DNA from: Guillardia theta CCMP2712
Lineage: Eukaryota > Protista > Cryptophyta
DNA length: 60,284 nucleotides
NCBI RefSeq assembly: GCF_000315625.1
Contig: NW_005434644.1
Coordinates: forward strand, 642,434-702,717
Direction of reading: 5' to 3'
Part shown: one piece after another, positions 34,087 to 48,000 of the stretch
Layout: each line of letters begins with the position of its first letter
How positions within the stretch are numbered: the first letter of the stretch is position 1
Notes under the pieces: generated by a model
Database searches by the model: none
The model's input: only the letters and a program-made list of their open reading frames with translations
Told to the model about the DNA's origin: nothing
Position numbers and translations under genes: made by a program

Positions 34087-35063
34087 ATGGCGGCGGGAGC
34101 GGTGAACGTGAGGTGAGGGAGGGAGGAGGGGAGGGGAGAAGGGAGGACGGTGAGGGATGAGCCAGTGTAGAGGGGAGAGGAAGGGGCACAAGGAAGGCAA
34201 GGAGTCGGAGAGGAACTGAAGGATGACCGTGACTGCCGCTGTACGGCAGCGGGCCTTTTGAGGATGTGTCTGGCGAAAGGAGAAAGCAGAGGATGGAGCT
34301 TGTTGACAGATTTGCTTATGAGATGAGGGACGTTCATTTACTGAGCTTACACCTGCCTCTTCAGTCTCATCGTCCTCCTTCTTGCTGTCGTCCATGCGGG
34401 AGATGTGGCCCGGTCGCAGGTCCCTGATACGCCTCTTGACTCTGTTCCTCTGAAAGCTTTCCAGGCACGGATAAAGGAGGCGACGAAACCAGAAGTCTTG
34501 GCTGACATCAAGGTACGAAGTTGAGAGATGAAAGAGGAGGGAGGGAGGGAGGGAGGGAGGGAGGGAGGAAGGAGATGAAGAGTCACCTTGGACCCGTAGG
34601 CTAGCTCCAACATTATCAAGCTCAGCAACGGGCTGACGATTGAGATTCTGATGCCTGGGAAAGGGGAGGAGGCTGAGGTAAGCAGAGGCGCAGGGTCACT
34701 GAGAGGGCTGACAGTGGTCAGGCGGGGGACAGGGTCAGGGTTGAGTATTCGCAGTACATGGAGTCGTGCGACGCGAGCGAGCCGACCTGCAAGCTCATGC
34801 TGAACCAGAAGGTGAACTCAGGCACGTTGGACACGAAGCTGGGTAGCGGGAAGCTGCAGCCGGGGCTCGAGCAAGGGATCGTCGGCATGAAAGTAGGGGA
34901 GAAGAGAACTATCCACGTCCCCCCCGAGCTCGCGTTCGGCGACAATCCTCACCCCCCGTTCCCTGCCCACTCGGGCTTCAAGTATCAGCTGCAGCTGCTC
35001 AGTGTCTGCGGCCCCAACGATCCCTTCATGAAGTCCCTCCTCTGTTCGCTGGGTTTCGTGTAA
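34087..35063 (+). CDS. FKBP-type peptidyl-prolyl isomerase-like protein with hydrophobic N-terminal segment
   Basis: SNGLTIEILMPGKG..AGDRVRVEY ... LGSGKLQPGLEQGIVGMKVGEKRTIHVPPELAFG is an FKBP fold. The 5' exons are uncertain. Confidence 0.85.
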
Positions 35064-35078
35064 AGTGCATTGAAGTCG

Positions 35079-38000
35079 TCACAAGGATATCAGCAGATTC
35101 TCCTCTATGTCCACCAGCTTTTGCCGTGGAAGCTCCACATCGAACCGGACTCGGTTCGTCCTCAGTCCCCTGCTGGATCGCAGGTTGGGGAACAGCATCC
35201 CTCCGATCTCCACGATACTGCAGTCACGATCAGGTCCTGGTCACATCCACAAAGCCCCTCCTCCCCCTCTCCCCCTTCCCGCTCTCCTCCCTCCTGCTCA
35301 CCCGGACAGTCCTTCCGCCAAGGTGAGCCCAGGAGAACTCTTGCTGGGGGACGACTCGTAGCTCGTTTCGCCGTCCTGCTCCTCCTCGGTCCTCTCAAGC
35401 TCGAGCCGGACCGTTGTCCCCTCCCTGCCTCCGATGAGGTTGGAGATGCTATGCATGTCGAGCCCTGCCACGTCCTGGTTGTCCACTGAGATCAACCTGC
35501 AGCCTCCTCGTCATACATCTTCATCTTCCTCCTCTCTCTGCTCCCCTCCACTTCTTCTTCCTCTTTCTTCTCGCTTCCTCTTCTTCCTCCTCCGATCCCG
35601 TCAGTCTCTCACCTGTCTGATGTTCTTATCCGTCCGTCGAAGTGAGCAGAACCACCTGGGATGTCAGTCAGTTGGTTGGAGGTAGAAGAGGCAGAGGAAG
35701 AAGAAGGAGAACAAGGTGATGGTGATGGCAAGGAGGAGGGATGGGAGGCACCAGGAACAATCTGAGCGACGTAGACAGCTCCTCCCTCGCTCTGCCGCTT
35801 GATCACCATCCCCACCCCCGCGAAATTGTTGGACAAGTTCGATTTCATCTCATCTTCTCCTGCTCCCAACTCCATCCCCGCAAGCGCTGTTGAAAGCTTG
35901 AGCTTCACCTGACTTTCCTCCTTATCCAGCTGCTTCCCAGCTGCTGGTACGTTCGAGGCCATCGGTTCCACTGCCCTTGCGTCAGGCGGAGCTTGCGAGA
36001 CTTGAGGGGACTGAGAGTGCTTTTTGAGTGCATCCTCCCTCCTCTCGTTCTCCCTCCTCCTCTCGTCCTCCCTCCTCCTTTCCTCTTCTTTCCTCCTCTC
36101 TTCCTCCCTCCTCCTCTCCTCTTCCTTGTTCCCAAGCGCGAGGATCCTGGCTGGGGAGTGGAGGACCTTGGGCATCGTGCTGCTGGCCGACCTCTGCGGC
36201 GTCGAGGGAGAGCGAGGCTTTCCCTCCTCGGACGCTGATCGGCCTCCTCCCCACATGGCCCTGTTCCTCTCGGCCTCCTCCTGCCCGACCGCCTCCTTCC
36301 CCTCTCCTCCCATCTTCCAGGAGTTCTGAGAAGGAGCAGAGGAATGGGAGGCAGGAGCTGCGGGCGGGGCTTCATGGGGATGGGTTGGAGGCTCATTCGA
36401 GAACTCGTAGACCTTGACGACGCCATGGCGGATGCGCGCGGAGTCTGTGAGGTAGTCGGAGGAGTCGCTAGCCTGACTGCCCCTCCTCTCCTCTGCTCCT
36501 GCGAGGCTCAAGTTGGTCAGTGGGGGCCCGCCGGCCCCGTTCCTCTGGGCGATGGACAGCAGGGGGAGTTTGATCCCGTAGCGGAGGAAGAAGTCTTCTA
36601 CCTCGTCCATCTGCCTCTCCAGCTCCTTGCCCAGCTGCCCCGTCCCCGCAGCCTTCTCTCCTCCTCTTGGCCAGCTCTCCTTATGAATGTTCCCGTGAAT
36701 GATCTTGTCCGAGCCCGAGGACGACGGGGGTCTTGCATGCTCCTGGTGGGGGAAGGACGAGGAGGGCTCCGTCTCCGCCTCCTTCCGTGCCTCTCCCTGC
36801 CTCCTCTCCTCTGCGTGCTTCCTGTCCTGCTGCTGCTCCTGCTGCATCCCCGACTTGTCTTCGCTGCCCTTCCCAGAGGTTGCGGAAGGGACACGACCCA
36901 AAGGTCCCTTGACCTCAGTCCTTTCCTCTCCCGCTGGCTTCACGGGAGAGCTCCGATCTCGCGCCAGCTGCGAGCTCTGCTCGTCCTTTGCGACTGGTCG
37001 CGTCTCCCCTGCCGTCGATCTCACTGCGTTCTCCAAGGACTGAACTCTCTGTTCCACCAAGGAGCTTTCCTGCTGCTTGCCGCTCAGAGGCTGCGGATCG
37101 GGTTCCTCCCTTGCTTGCTTCAGGTGGGAGGACGAGGGAGGGGCTGGGACTTCGGTCTCCTTCTCCTCCTCATGATCTCCGCTCGCTGATTGCGACCTTT
37201 ATGTGGATTGTCAGCAGAAGGGAGGGGGAGGAGAGATAGAGGGGCGTACGACCACGACAAGGAGAGAGAGAGGAGAGTACGAGGAGGAGGAGGAGGAGGA
37301 GGAGGAAGGAAGTGAGGGGGAGGGGCAGGGGGAGGAGCATGAAGAAGGGTGGCGAGGTAGAGCTGTACCATGATTCTTTCGCTGGAATCGTTTGCTCTCT
37401 GCTGACGTCCAGCGACCCTGACGTCTTGTCCTTGTCATCCTCATATTTCTTGAGCGTCGTCGAGATCGAATCCATCAGGTCCTCGCACACGGAGGAGGCT
37501 CTGCAGATAAAATCATCATCACAGTTTTCCTCTTCTTCCCTCCTCCCTCCTCGTCTCCTCCCTCTCTCCCCTCCATAGCTTCCATCTCTTTTCTGTTCTT
37601 CCTCTCGACTCCCTTCTCCCTCCTGCTCTTACCTGTTCGCCTCCCTCCTGTTCTCGTCCGAGGCGTTGGCGATCATTCTCCCTGCCATCAACTTGAGGGC
37701 ACTAACGGTAGTTGAAGGAGCGAACCTGAGGAGCTGGAGAACTTCTTGAGGGTGTCAAGGAGAGACTGTAGGACTTGCGTCTCCTGTTCAAGGAGTCAGT
37801 GACGACGTGGCAGGGAGGAAGGGGGGGAGAGGAGGCACCGACGACTGTTGGAGAGCGACGAGGAGGCTCTCGTTCAAGGATTCGATCTGAGAATTCCCTC
37901 CTCCTCCTCCTGATGATGATGAGAGTGAGCTCTGAAGATGCTCTTTCGCTTCTTCCTCCCTCCTCTCCTCGCTCGTCTGGATCTCTCGGTCCACCAGCCT

Positions 38001-40108
38001 CGTCCTCTCCTTTGCCCGCATCTCCTGCAATTCGTCGTCTCGTCGCGCTTGCAGGGGGATCAACACGTCCCTCCCCTGTTCTCTTGCTCCCTCGCTCGGT
38101 TGTTCTCCCGGGGAGGAGGAGGGGACGGCCTGGAGGTTGTACTTGCTCATGATCGTCTCGATCACGTTCATGTGAGCAAGGAACGACTCACTGACCGTGC
38201 TCTTGCTCGGAGAGATTGAGCTTGCGCTGACCGACGCAAGCTCCTCCTCCTCATGGTTCATCCGATGCTGCTCCTCCTGCCCCAGCTTCGCTCCATGCAG
38301 CTCCAGCCTCTCCCCCACTTGCCTATCCCGAGCCGGCTGCTGCTGGAGGCGTTCAGGGGAGAAGACCTTCCACGAGTCCCGCGCACGCTGTGGTTGCTCC
38401 TCATCGCCCTGCATGACGCGATGGTTGTAGACGACTCGCGGCTCCGACGGTCTCGTTCCCACCCGCAGGTCGTTGGCAGCAAAGGAGAAGGCGGAGGAAT
38501 CGTTGAGCCGCATGCTGAAGGGCGGGCTCGAGTGCTGCTCGTCGAAGACGTTGATGACGTTGCTGAAGGAGGAGCTCAGGTTGGCCTCGACAGGGGAGGT
38601 GAAGGAGAACTTGGCGGGAGGATAGTCGGGAAGTCCCGACCAAGAGTTTCCTCCTCCTCCTCCTCCTCCTTGCCACCTCCTCTCGGTCGTTATCGGCTTC
38701 CTGGGTGGCAGAGGAGCCTCTCCGAAGACTTTCCGTTGTGCTCGAGGTCGATCGACGTGGAGCTTGTCTGCCTGCTGATGCAGCGGCCGGGATGGAGATC
38801 CGCCAGTGGCGCCAGCGGGGTCGATGTAAGTGTCGTAGCGGATAGTTCCTCGAGGAGTGAGAGCGGCGAGAGATTGTGGGCCTTGGAGGAGGGAGGGAGG
38901 AGGACCTGGAAGGGCAGCGGGTCAGGAAGTAGAGAAAGCAGAAGGAGCAGTGAAGGGTTTGCCTTGATCAAGCTTGGAGGGGGTGCGGCAGATAGACGAA
39001 GTGGAGGGCATGTCGGACTTTCGCATGCTGAGGTCTTGGGAGGTTTCCTGGGAGGCAGAGGAGTCGAAGCTCATTTCAATGTAGACCTGCAGCGAGCGAG
39101 TGATTGAGCAGACAGAGGGGGAAGAGAGGGAGAGAAGAGAGGGAAGGAGGAGAGGGACGCAAGAGACGGTGGGACGATAGACGAACGATGCAAGGAGAGG
39201 AGAAGACAAAGGGAGTTGGGGAGGAGGATGAGCTATGTGCTGCTGGGGTTCACCTGGGGGGAAGAAGAGTGATGATGAAGGTTTTGGAGGTCAGCAGGTT
39301 TGATCTCTCTCAGCGTGAACCTTCCCTCGGACACGTCGAACCATCCTGAGACGAGGTTCTGGTTCTGATGTGAGTTGCCATGCTGGTGGAGGAGCGCGAG
39401 AGGAATGAGCATGGTGTAGGCCTGAACCATCACAGTCCCCACCACAGCCTCCCTCTCTTCTCCGCTCTGCTCCGTCGGCGTCGTGTACGCCTCCACACAC
39501 AGGCGGAGGAAGGCATTCTTGGCTGCCTTGGACCCAACGCCAATCAGAAACTCCTCATTCCACTCGAGCGCGTCTTGGCTCCGCTTGTTCGTCAGCGCGG
39601 CCGTCCCTGCCACAGGTCTCACTCCTCCCCTTCCCCTCTTGCGGACAGGCAGTCGGTCACGCACTCGTTCGCAGCGAAGACTTGAAGTGCCTGCCTCTCT
39701 CGCCATCGCTCACCAGCCCGACCTCTATCAGGATCGTCCAGTACAAGGTCCCCTGGCTGGCCGGCGACAGGAGGTGAAGACTATGCAGCTCCCCAACCCC
39801 GACGTTGAGGCGCTGGTGCTTTGTCCTCTTCTTGGAAGGGCTCAGCATCGTCGAGCTGTGCGTCGAGACTCCTGCGCTCATGGGGAGGATGCTGCTCTCT
39901 GCCCTCCTGTCGCCAGCGTTGATGTAGGCATGCTGTAACGCCATGGAATACTTGGGTGCCGAAGAAACATACCTATGACGGAGAGGCGGAAGCGAGGGAG
40001 GGAGTGTGAGGACACGTGACATGGCAGCCGATCGACTTACCGTTCATCCGACAGGATGTGGTTCTTCAAAAAGGATGCCCTCGCTTTCTCGCTCCTTGCG
40101 AGGTCCAT
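35079..40108 (-). CDS. Large protein with N-terminal C2-like domain, long disordered/coiled-coil middle and C-terminal PDZ domain
   Basis: C2-like segment: LEWNEEFLIGV..FLRLCV..VVGTVMV..GWFDV (~39330-39580). PDZ: FAGVGMVIK..VYVAQIVPG-GSAHFDGRIRTSDR-LISVDNQDVAGL..ISNLIGGREGTTVRLELER (~35390-35830). Confidence 0.75.
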
Positions 40109-40952
40109 CATCGAAACTTTCTCGTGGTTTGTTCGTGGGCCTGTCAATCTTTCCATTCACCTGAAAGCTTCAGTCAGAATTGCGCAGATCGTTCAGTATT
40201 GCTAGGTCAATCAAGACTTCCTGAGTGCAACAGCCTGGATTCATTACTTCTCCCTCTCCCTCTCCCTCTCCCTCTCCCTCTCCCTCTCCCTCTCCCAGCC
40301 TTCATCTCGTAGTTGGGTACACGTCAGACCCTCATGGAGACAAGATTGTCTCTTCATACCCCTTCTGCTCCTACCAGTCTCTCCAGAGCTTCCCCATCTC
40401 CCTCTCCTTCCCTCTCCTTCCTCTGTCGCTCACTGACCCTCCAGTCGTACTCTCCTCCTTTCCCTCCTCCCTTCTTCAAATCCCCGTTCAACATTTGCAC
40501 TGAACCCCAGCGTCCCCCGTACCCCACCACTCTCCCCATCATCCACCCCAAGGACCTCAAGTACGTTGTCCCCCATAGCATTGAAGGAAAAGTACCCGTA
40601 CATTTCTCCTTCAAAGTACCCCTACATATGTACCCTCACCCCCTGTATAAGTACCCCATCCTTATCGTACCCCACACCGTCCTGCATGACCCCGCCACTC
40701 TCTTTTCAAACTCAGGGACCCCATTGAGTCAATTCATGTTTAAAACGGTCCGTAACGGGGATCCGTTGCTGTCTTCAATGGCGCCGACTGCGGCGGCTTC
40801 GGCGGCGGGCACAGAAAGGAGGAGGTAACAATGAGACGACGAGTTGTCGACGAGAAATTACGTCAGATGACAAGCAGAGACGTGCAATGAGCTGTGAAGG
40901 GAGTTTTATTCTCAATCCTGGGATGAATGTACATGAGGGGGTGTTTCCACTG

Positions 40953-42546
40953 TTAGTCACGGGCAGACGCTGGACCAGGGACACTTTGATTCCTCCTTCG
41001 GACCCCCTGCAGTGCAGCATTGCGCAAGGCTGAAGGAGCAACGGTGTTCTCGGAGGTAGAGGACTCCAGCGTCTGGAAGTTTTCCATCGCACCGACTTGT
41101 ATGTCATTCACTTCCTCCATCTGCAGAGAAAATTCAGCGAATCCCCTCAGTGATAGAAATACACTCTTCAATACCTCGTCTTCAGCCTTCGGCAGGTTGT
41201 TGATGGCAGCCCTATCAGGCAAGCATCAGAGCCTGCGCAGAGCAACCTAGCGCGGGAGGAGAGAGGGGGGAGCTCACCTTTCCCACTGTCGGAGGTTGTT
41301 CAGATCGTTGTCGTCGGTCTCATCCGACACGTTCGCAAACCTCTCGCTCTCCTCCTTCTCGTCCGAGCTCTCGTCACTCCTGGAATTGAACGGCCCATCT
41401 GGAGAATCTGCGCCGCCGGGCAAGGCCTCCCCTTTCAGGTCCTCACTCCTGCTCCTGGGCTTGCTCATGTTCGACCGCCGCTGTCTCCTGCGCCTTGCGT
41501 TTGCTGAGGGATCACCTTGGTACTGCGGAGGATAGCGAGACATGGAGAAGTCTTCCTCCACACTCCAGCTCGCCCCGAAGAGCTTCCTTGACATCCAGCT
41601 GATGAGGCTGACGTACAGGTTGCTGATGACAATGGTCCCTATTACCATGGAGGTGACGAACCAGTGGTAGAGGTAGTATCGGAACCCTGTCAGCACAAAG
41701 GAGATGTCGATGGAGGCGCTGTAGACTTGCAGCCTCGAGTCGGAGATGCTGACCGTCGCCCGCTGCAGCCCTCCCTTGGGGAACGAGATGAGCTGAACCA
41801 CCGTTCCCCGGATAGCCTGGTGCTCTGACGTGAACCCCAGGACGAGGGGGATGGAGTAGAAGACGGTGGACATGGTCTGCAGCAGGGAGCTCTTATGCCT
41901 CAGGATCATCGACCGCGAACCCTCCCCAACGACGTTGCCCTGCTTGTCGAACACTACCACCTTCACCATGAAGGGCCCGACTCCGACGTTGGCAGGAGAC
42001 TCTGGGAGCACCAGCGTGATGCCGATGTCGAGGCTAGAGCCCGGAGACATGCTGGAGGACCAGTCCATGCCTCGAGTTCCTGAGCGCACCATGAGCTGCA
42101 AGGAAGGTGTTGGGTCAGGGGTGCCGGCTGCGTCCACATGGCATGCGAACCTGGCGGTAGAAGGCGAAGTCGACCGTAGCGTTGGTGGGAACACCTCCCT
42201 TGCGCTGTTTGGAGTCGAGAGGGTACAGGAAGTTGATGGGGTGGGATTCAGAGAGGGAGGGGGGGACTATCGCTCCGTACAGCCAGTAGTAGGTGGCGGC
42301 AGAGACGGAGAAGAGAAAGGCGAGCTTCGAGAACCTTCCAATGAGGCGCAGCATGTACCCCATGAAGGACACGGGCCACCAGACCATGGCGAAGACCCAC
42401 TCGGGGATCCCTTCGCCATCGAGCTCGTTGGGCGCCCCATTGGAAAACTCCTTGAGTCTTCCTACCTCTATCCTCTGGCTCATGTCCCGCCCTCGGCCGG
42501 TCTCTCGGTACCCCTTGGGATCCTCCCTCGCGTATTCAGTGCTCAT
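40953..42546 (-). CDS. Seipin (BSCL2 family lipid-droplet biogenesis protein)
   Basis: Two transmembrane segments flank a lumenal domain with ITLVLPESPANVGVGPFMVKV, LQVYSASI and TGFRYYLYHWFVTS, followed by a charged cytosolic tail. Confidence 0.9.
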
Positions 42547-42568
42547 GGCAGTCGTTCTTGTCTGATGA

Positions 42569-42968
<400 letters not shown>

Positions 42969-43079
42969 TGAAGGTATTTTCATGTAGGTTCATGGAGACA
43001 CCAGGTTGGAATGGAGGGGTGGCTGCTATCAGAGAGGGTCTCAAAACGGGGGGTGGGGTGTGCTTGGTAGGGGTACCAC

Positions 43080-44874
43080 ATGCGAGGATCTGCTTTGTTG
43101 ATCGCCCTGGCACTTGCGGCAGGAAGGGTCGAAGGAGGAGCAGGAGGAGGAGCAGGAGGAGGACCTGAATCCCTTGAGCCTCGAGGCATCTCAAGGTTCT
43201 CAGGAGGAAGAGGACCGAGAGGGCTGCTCGGCTTCTGTGCAGTAGGAGGGCTGAAGGGGTTGGGGCCGGCGAGGAAGCTGAGAGGAGGAGGAAGGTGCGG
43301 GCTGAAGATGGCGGATGCTGTGAGGGAATGGATGGGCTCGCAAGGCATGAAGGTGGCGACGTTCTCGTCCCTCGGTGGAAGCGGGTGGAGCCGTCAGTAT
43401 GTGTAAGAAGATTGCACACGGCAGTGATCTTGCCTGCTGGTCGAGTGACTCGTGGCAAAGGTACAAAACTGAGGACGGGAAGGATTTCTTCGTCAAGACA
43501 GCTCGGCAAAGCGCTGAGAAGGTTCTCTGCCTGCTTCACTCTCGTTCAAGAACCCTGTTCGCTGACCCCCATCGTACTTGTCAGATATTCAAGGGCGAGG
43601 CTCTAGGGCTGAACGCGATGTATCATGCGGAGGCAGTCGGAGTGCCCAAGGTAGACGGAGGACGAGGGGGAACTCTGGGTCCTGTTGAGGTGCGGGGGGC
43701 AGGTGTTTCATTACGGGGACGACGGGCACGGAGGAAGCTTCATCATCATGGAATACTTGTCGCTGGGCTCGCCCTACGACCAGTACGACTTCGGCAAGGT
43801 TGGGCAAACACGCCACGTCGGTTCTTGTCTGACTTTGCTTGCAAGGCCATGGCGAAGATGCACCTGGCTGAGCCGCTCGCGAAGGAGGCGAAGGAGGGAA
43901 ACTTCGGGTTCGACGTCGACAACACGATCGGAGGGACCCCCCAGCCCAACAAGTGACTTCCGGCCACGTCACCTTCAGGGTTTGACGTCTTGACAAGGTG
44001 GGACAAGGACTGGGTTCGGTTCTTCCGTGAGCAGAGAATCGGCCACCAGGTAGCCTCTGCGACAGTATCCTGCCTCCTGCCCCTTGCCCCTGCCCCTTGC
44101 CCCTGCCCCTTGCCCCTGCCCCTGCCTCCTCCCCCTGCCCTTTGCTGCTGTCCCTGCCCTTGCTCCTGCTCCTGCTCCTCATCCTCATCGTCGTTCTCCT
44201 GCTCCTGCTCTTCAGTAGGTGATGCTGGCCTCGCAGGTGAACCTAGCCGGCGACGGGCAGCTGGAAAGGATTTGGGACAAGGTAGCGAGACGTGTGAGGG
44301 AGTGAAGGGGCAAGAGGAGCTGAGAGGGAAGGCCAGGTCTGCGACAAGACGAATGGCCTGCAGACCTTGTTCGAAGGCATCCAAGTGAAGCCGAGTGTAA
44401 TCCGCCAGTCCGGCAGCTAGTCCCGGGCCTGACTTGAGCTGTTCAGGTGCTTCATGGGGATCTTTGGTCAGGGAACTATGGAGGTGAGAAGCAGTCGGGT
44501 GCTGGATGTAGCTGACAGCCTGCAAGGATCCAACGGACGGCCGTGCATCTATGACCCGGCGGTGTACTACGGTCACCATGAAGCCGAGTGGGGGATGAGC
44601 TGGTCGGCTGGAGCTACGGGGAGGTTGGCATAACGGTGCTGCAGGTGCGCCTCCTTCGGCTCCAACTTCTGGAAGGGATACAGAGAGCTCATTCCTGAGG
44701 ACCCTGGATTCCGGGAAAGGAGGGTAAACTGTGACGGCCAGAGGAGACACTGTGATAGGGTTGACAAGCCAGCAGGTTCTCTATGAACTCTATCACAAGC
44801 TCAATCACTACAATCTCTTTGGTGGTGGATATTACAGCGACGCAGTGAGCCTTATGGAGAGCCTTGCCAAGTGA
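43080..44874 (+). CDS. Fructosamine/ketosamine-3-kinase (protein deglycation), probably plastid-targeted
   Basis: FFVK, FKGEALGLNAM, FGFDVDNTIGGTPQPN, WVRFFREQRI, LHGDLWSGN, IYDPAVYYGHHEAEWGM and LYELYHKLNHYNLFGGGY, plus an N-terminal signal peptide. Confidence 0.93.
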
Positions 44875-45031
44875 CGGCGATCAGGTCGACGTCGCTGCAG
44901 GATGGCCGATCGGGAGGTTGAGATTGAATTCTTTGAATGACATGAGTAAACCTGCGACAACTTCAGCAAGAGAACAAATTGTTGCACATACAACAGAAGA
45001 GCTACCTGTAACTGCCAATCAAACCCAGGCG

Positions 45032-48000
45032 CTATGTGCTCCCGCCTCCGAAGGGCTTTTGTTGTTCAGCTGCTCCACTGCCGAGACTGAACCCTCCCGT
45101 GCCAGAAGAGAACGAAAATCCTCCTCCACTCGCACTACCAAAAGAAACTCCGTTCGAAGGCCCGCCTCCAAACGCAGTCAAGTTTCCAGCACCAAATTTG
45201 AACGCTTCCGACGCGTTGCTAGTTCCCTGACTCATCATACCAAAACTAAAAACACTCCCACCACCTGATGCATTCGAGAAGGAAGAAGAGGACTGAGAAG
45301 AAAAGACACTAGACGAGTTTGAGGAAGAAATCTGCGAGGCACCAAAAACAAAAGCACCGCTCCCGCCTCCCCCGGCCGCGCCTCCCGTCCCGAAGGTGAA
45401 CGCTCCTCCCCCGCCTCCCCCGGCCGTCCCTCCCGTCCCGAAGGTGAAGCCTCCCCCGCCTCCCCCGAACCCGAACTGGATCCCCCCTCCCCCTCCCCCG
45501 AACCCTCCTCCCCCGGCCCATGAGCTTCCGGCCCCGCTCACCGCCGGCGCTGCCTGCGGGTTGGGCGTCTCGCAGCAGATGCACTTCTCTATGTCCTTCT
45601 CGTTCATCACCTTGCACGTCGCGCACCGCCACTGCCCTGGCTTGACCTTGAACTTCTCTGCAAGCGACACCCCCGCGTCCACGGCTGGTGCCTCCGCTTC
45701 TGGCGCCGCCTCGTCCTCTGACGACCCGATGTCCAGGTCTGACCCGCTTGACTCCTCCTCCTCCTCCTCCTCCTCCTCTTTCGTCGCTTGCTCCTCCTCC
45801 TGTCTCTCCTGCTTCCCNNNNNNNNNNNNNNNNNNNNNNNNNNNNNNNNNNNNNNNNNNNNNNNNNNNNNNNNNNNNNNNNNNNNNNNNNNNNNNNNNNN
45901 NNNNNNNNNNNNNNNNNNNNNNNNNNNNNNNNNNNNNNNNNNNNNNNNNNNNNNNNNNNNNNNNNNNNNNNNNNNNNNNNNNNNNNNNNNNNNNNNNNNN
46001 NNNNNNNNNNNNNNNNNNNNNNNNNNNNNNNNNNNNNNNNNNNNNNNNNNNNNNNNNNNNNNNNNNNNNNNNNNNNNNNNNNNNNNNNNNNNNNNNNNNT
46101 ATGTCCTTCTCGTTCATCACCTTGCACGTCGCGCACCGCCACTGCCCTGGCTTGACCTTGAACTTCTCTGCAAGCGACACCCCCGCGTCCGCGGCTGGTG
46201 CCTCCGCTTCTGGCGCCGCCTCGTCCTCTGACGACCCGATGTCCAGGTCTGACCCGCTTGACTCCTCCTCCTCCTCCTCCTCCTCCTCCTCTTTCGTCGC
46301 TTGCTCCTCCTCCTGTCTCTCCTGCTTCCCGGCGTCCTTGCTGGCCTCTGCCCCGGCTGGCTTAGGTGCCTCCGCTGCTCCCAGCCCGGCCCCGATGCTC
46401 GCCCCTCCCGTCCCGAAGGTGAACGCTCCTCCCCCGCCTCCCCCGGCCGTCCCTCCCGTCCCGAAGGTGAAGCCTNNNNNNNNNNNNNNNNNNNNNNNNN
46501 NNNNNNNNNNNNNNNNNNNNNNNNNNNNNNNNNNNNNNNNNNNNNNNNNNNNNNNNNNNNNNNNNNNNNNNNNNNAACCCTCCTCCCCCGACCCATGAGC
46601 TTCCGGCCCCGCTCACCGCCGGCGCTGCCTGCGGGTAGGGCGTCTCGCAGCAGATGCACTTCTCTATGTCCTTCTCGTTCATCACCTTGCACGTCGCGCA
46701 CCGCCACTGCCCTGGCTTGACCTTGAACTTCTCTGCAAGCGACACCCCCGCGTCCGCGGCTGGTGCCTCCGCTTCTGGCGCCGCCTCGTCCTCTGACGAC
46801 CCGATGTCCAGGTCTGACCCGCTTGACTCCTCCTCCTCCTCCTCCTCCTCCTCCTCTTTCGTCGCTTGCTCCTCCTCCTGTCTCTCCTGCTTCCCGGCGT
46901 CCTTGCTGGCCTCTGCCCCGGCTGGCTTAGGTGCCTCCGCTGCTCCCAGCCCGGCCCCGATGCTCGCCCCTCCCGTCCCGAAGGTGAACGCTCCTCCCCC
47001 GCCTCCCCCGGCCGTCCCTCCCGTCCCGAAGGNNNNNNNNNNNNNNNNNNNNNNNNNNNNNNNNNNNNNNNNNNNNNNNNNNNNNNNNNNNNNNNNNNNN
47101 NNNNNNNNNNNNNNNNNNNNNNNNNNNNNNNNCCCCCGAACCCTCCTCCCCCGGCCCCTGAGCTTCCGGCCCCGCTCACCGCCGGCGCTGCCTGCGGGTT
47201 GGGCGTCTCGCAGCAGATGCACTTCTCTATGTCCTTCTCGTTCATCACCTTGCACGTCGCGCACCGCCACTGCCCTGGCTTGACCTTGAACTTCTCTGCA
47301 AGCGACACCCCCGCGTCCACGGNNNNNNNNNNNNNNNNNNNNNNNNNNNNNNNNNNNNNNNNNNNNNNNNNNNNNNNNNNNNNNNNNNNNNNNNNNNNNN
47401 NNNNNNNNNNNNNNNNNNNNNNNNNNNNNNNNNNNNNNNNNNNNNNNNNNNNGGCGTCCTTGCTGGCCTCTGCCCCGGCTGGCTTAGGTGCCTCCGCTGC
47501 TCCCAGCCCGGCCCCGATGCTCGCCCCTCCCGTCCCGAAGGTGAACGCTCNNNNNNNNNNNNNNNNNNNNNNNNNNNNNNNNNNNNNNNNNNNNNNNNNN
47601 NNNNNNNNNNNNNNNNNNNNNNNNNNNNNNNNNNNNNNNNNNNNNNNNNNGGTGAAGCCTCCCCCGCCTCCCCCGAACCCGAACTGGATCCCCCCTCCCC
47701 CTCCCCCTCCCCCTCCTCCCCCGGCCCCTGAGCTTCCGGCCCCGCTCACCGCCGGCGCTGCCTGCGGGTTGGGCGTCTCGCAGCAGATGCACTTCTCTAT
47801 GTCCTTCTCGTTCATCACCTTGCACGTCGCGCACCGCCACTGCCCTGGCTTGACCTTGAACTTCTCTGCAAGCGACACCCCCGCGTCCACGGCTGGTGCC
47901 TCCGCTTCTGGCGCCGCCTCGTCCTCTGACGACCCGATGTCCAGGTCTGACCCGCTTGACTCCTCCTCCTCCTCCTCCTCCTCCTCTTTCGTCGCTTGCT

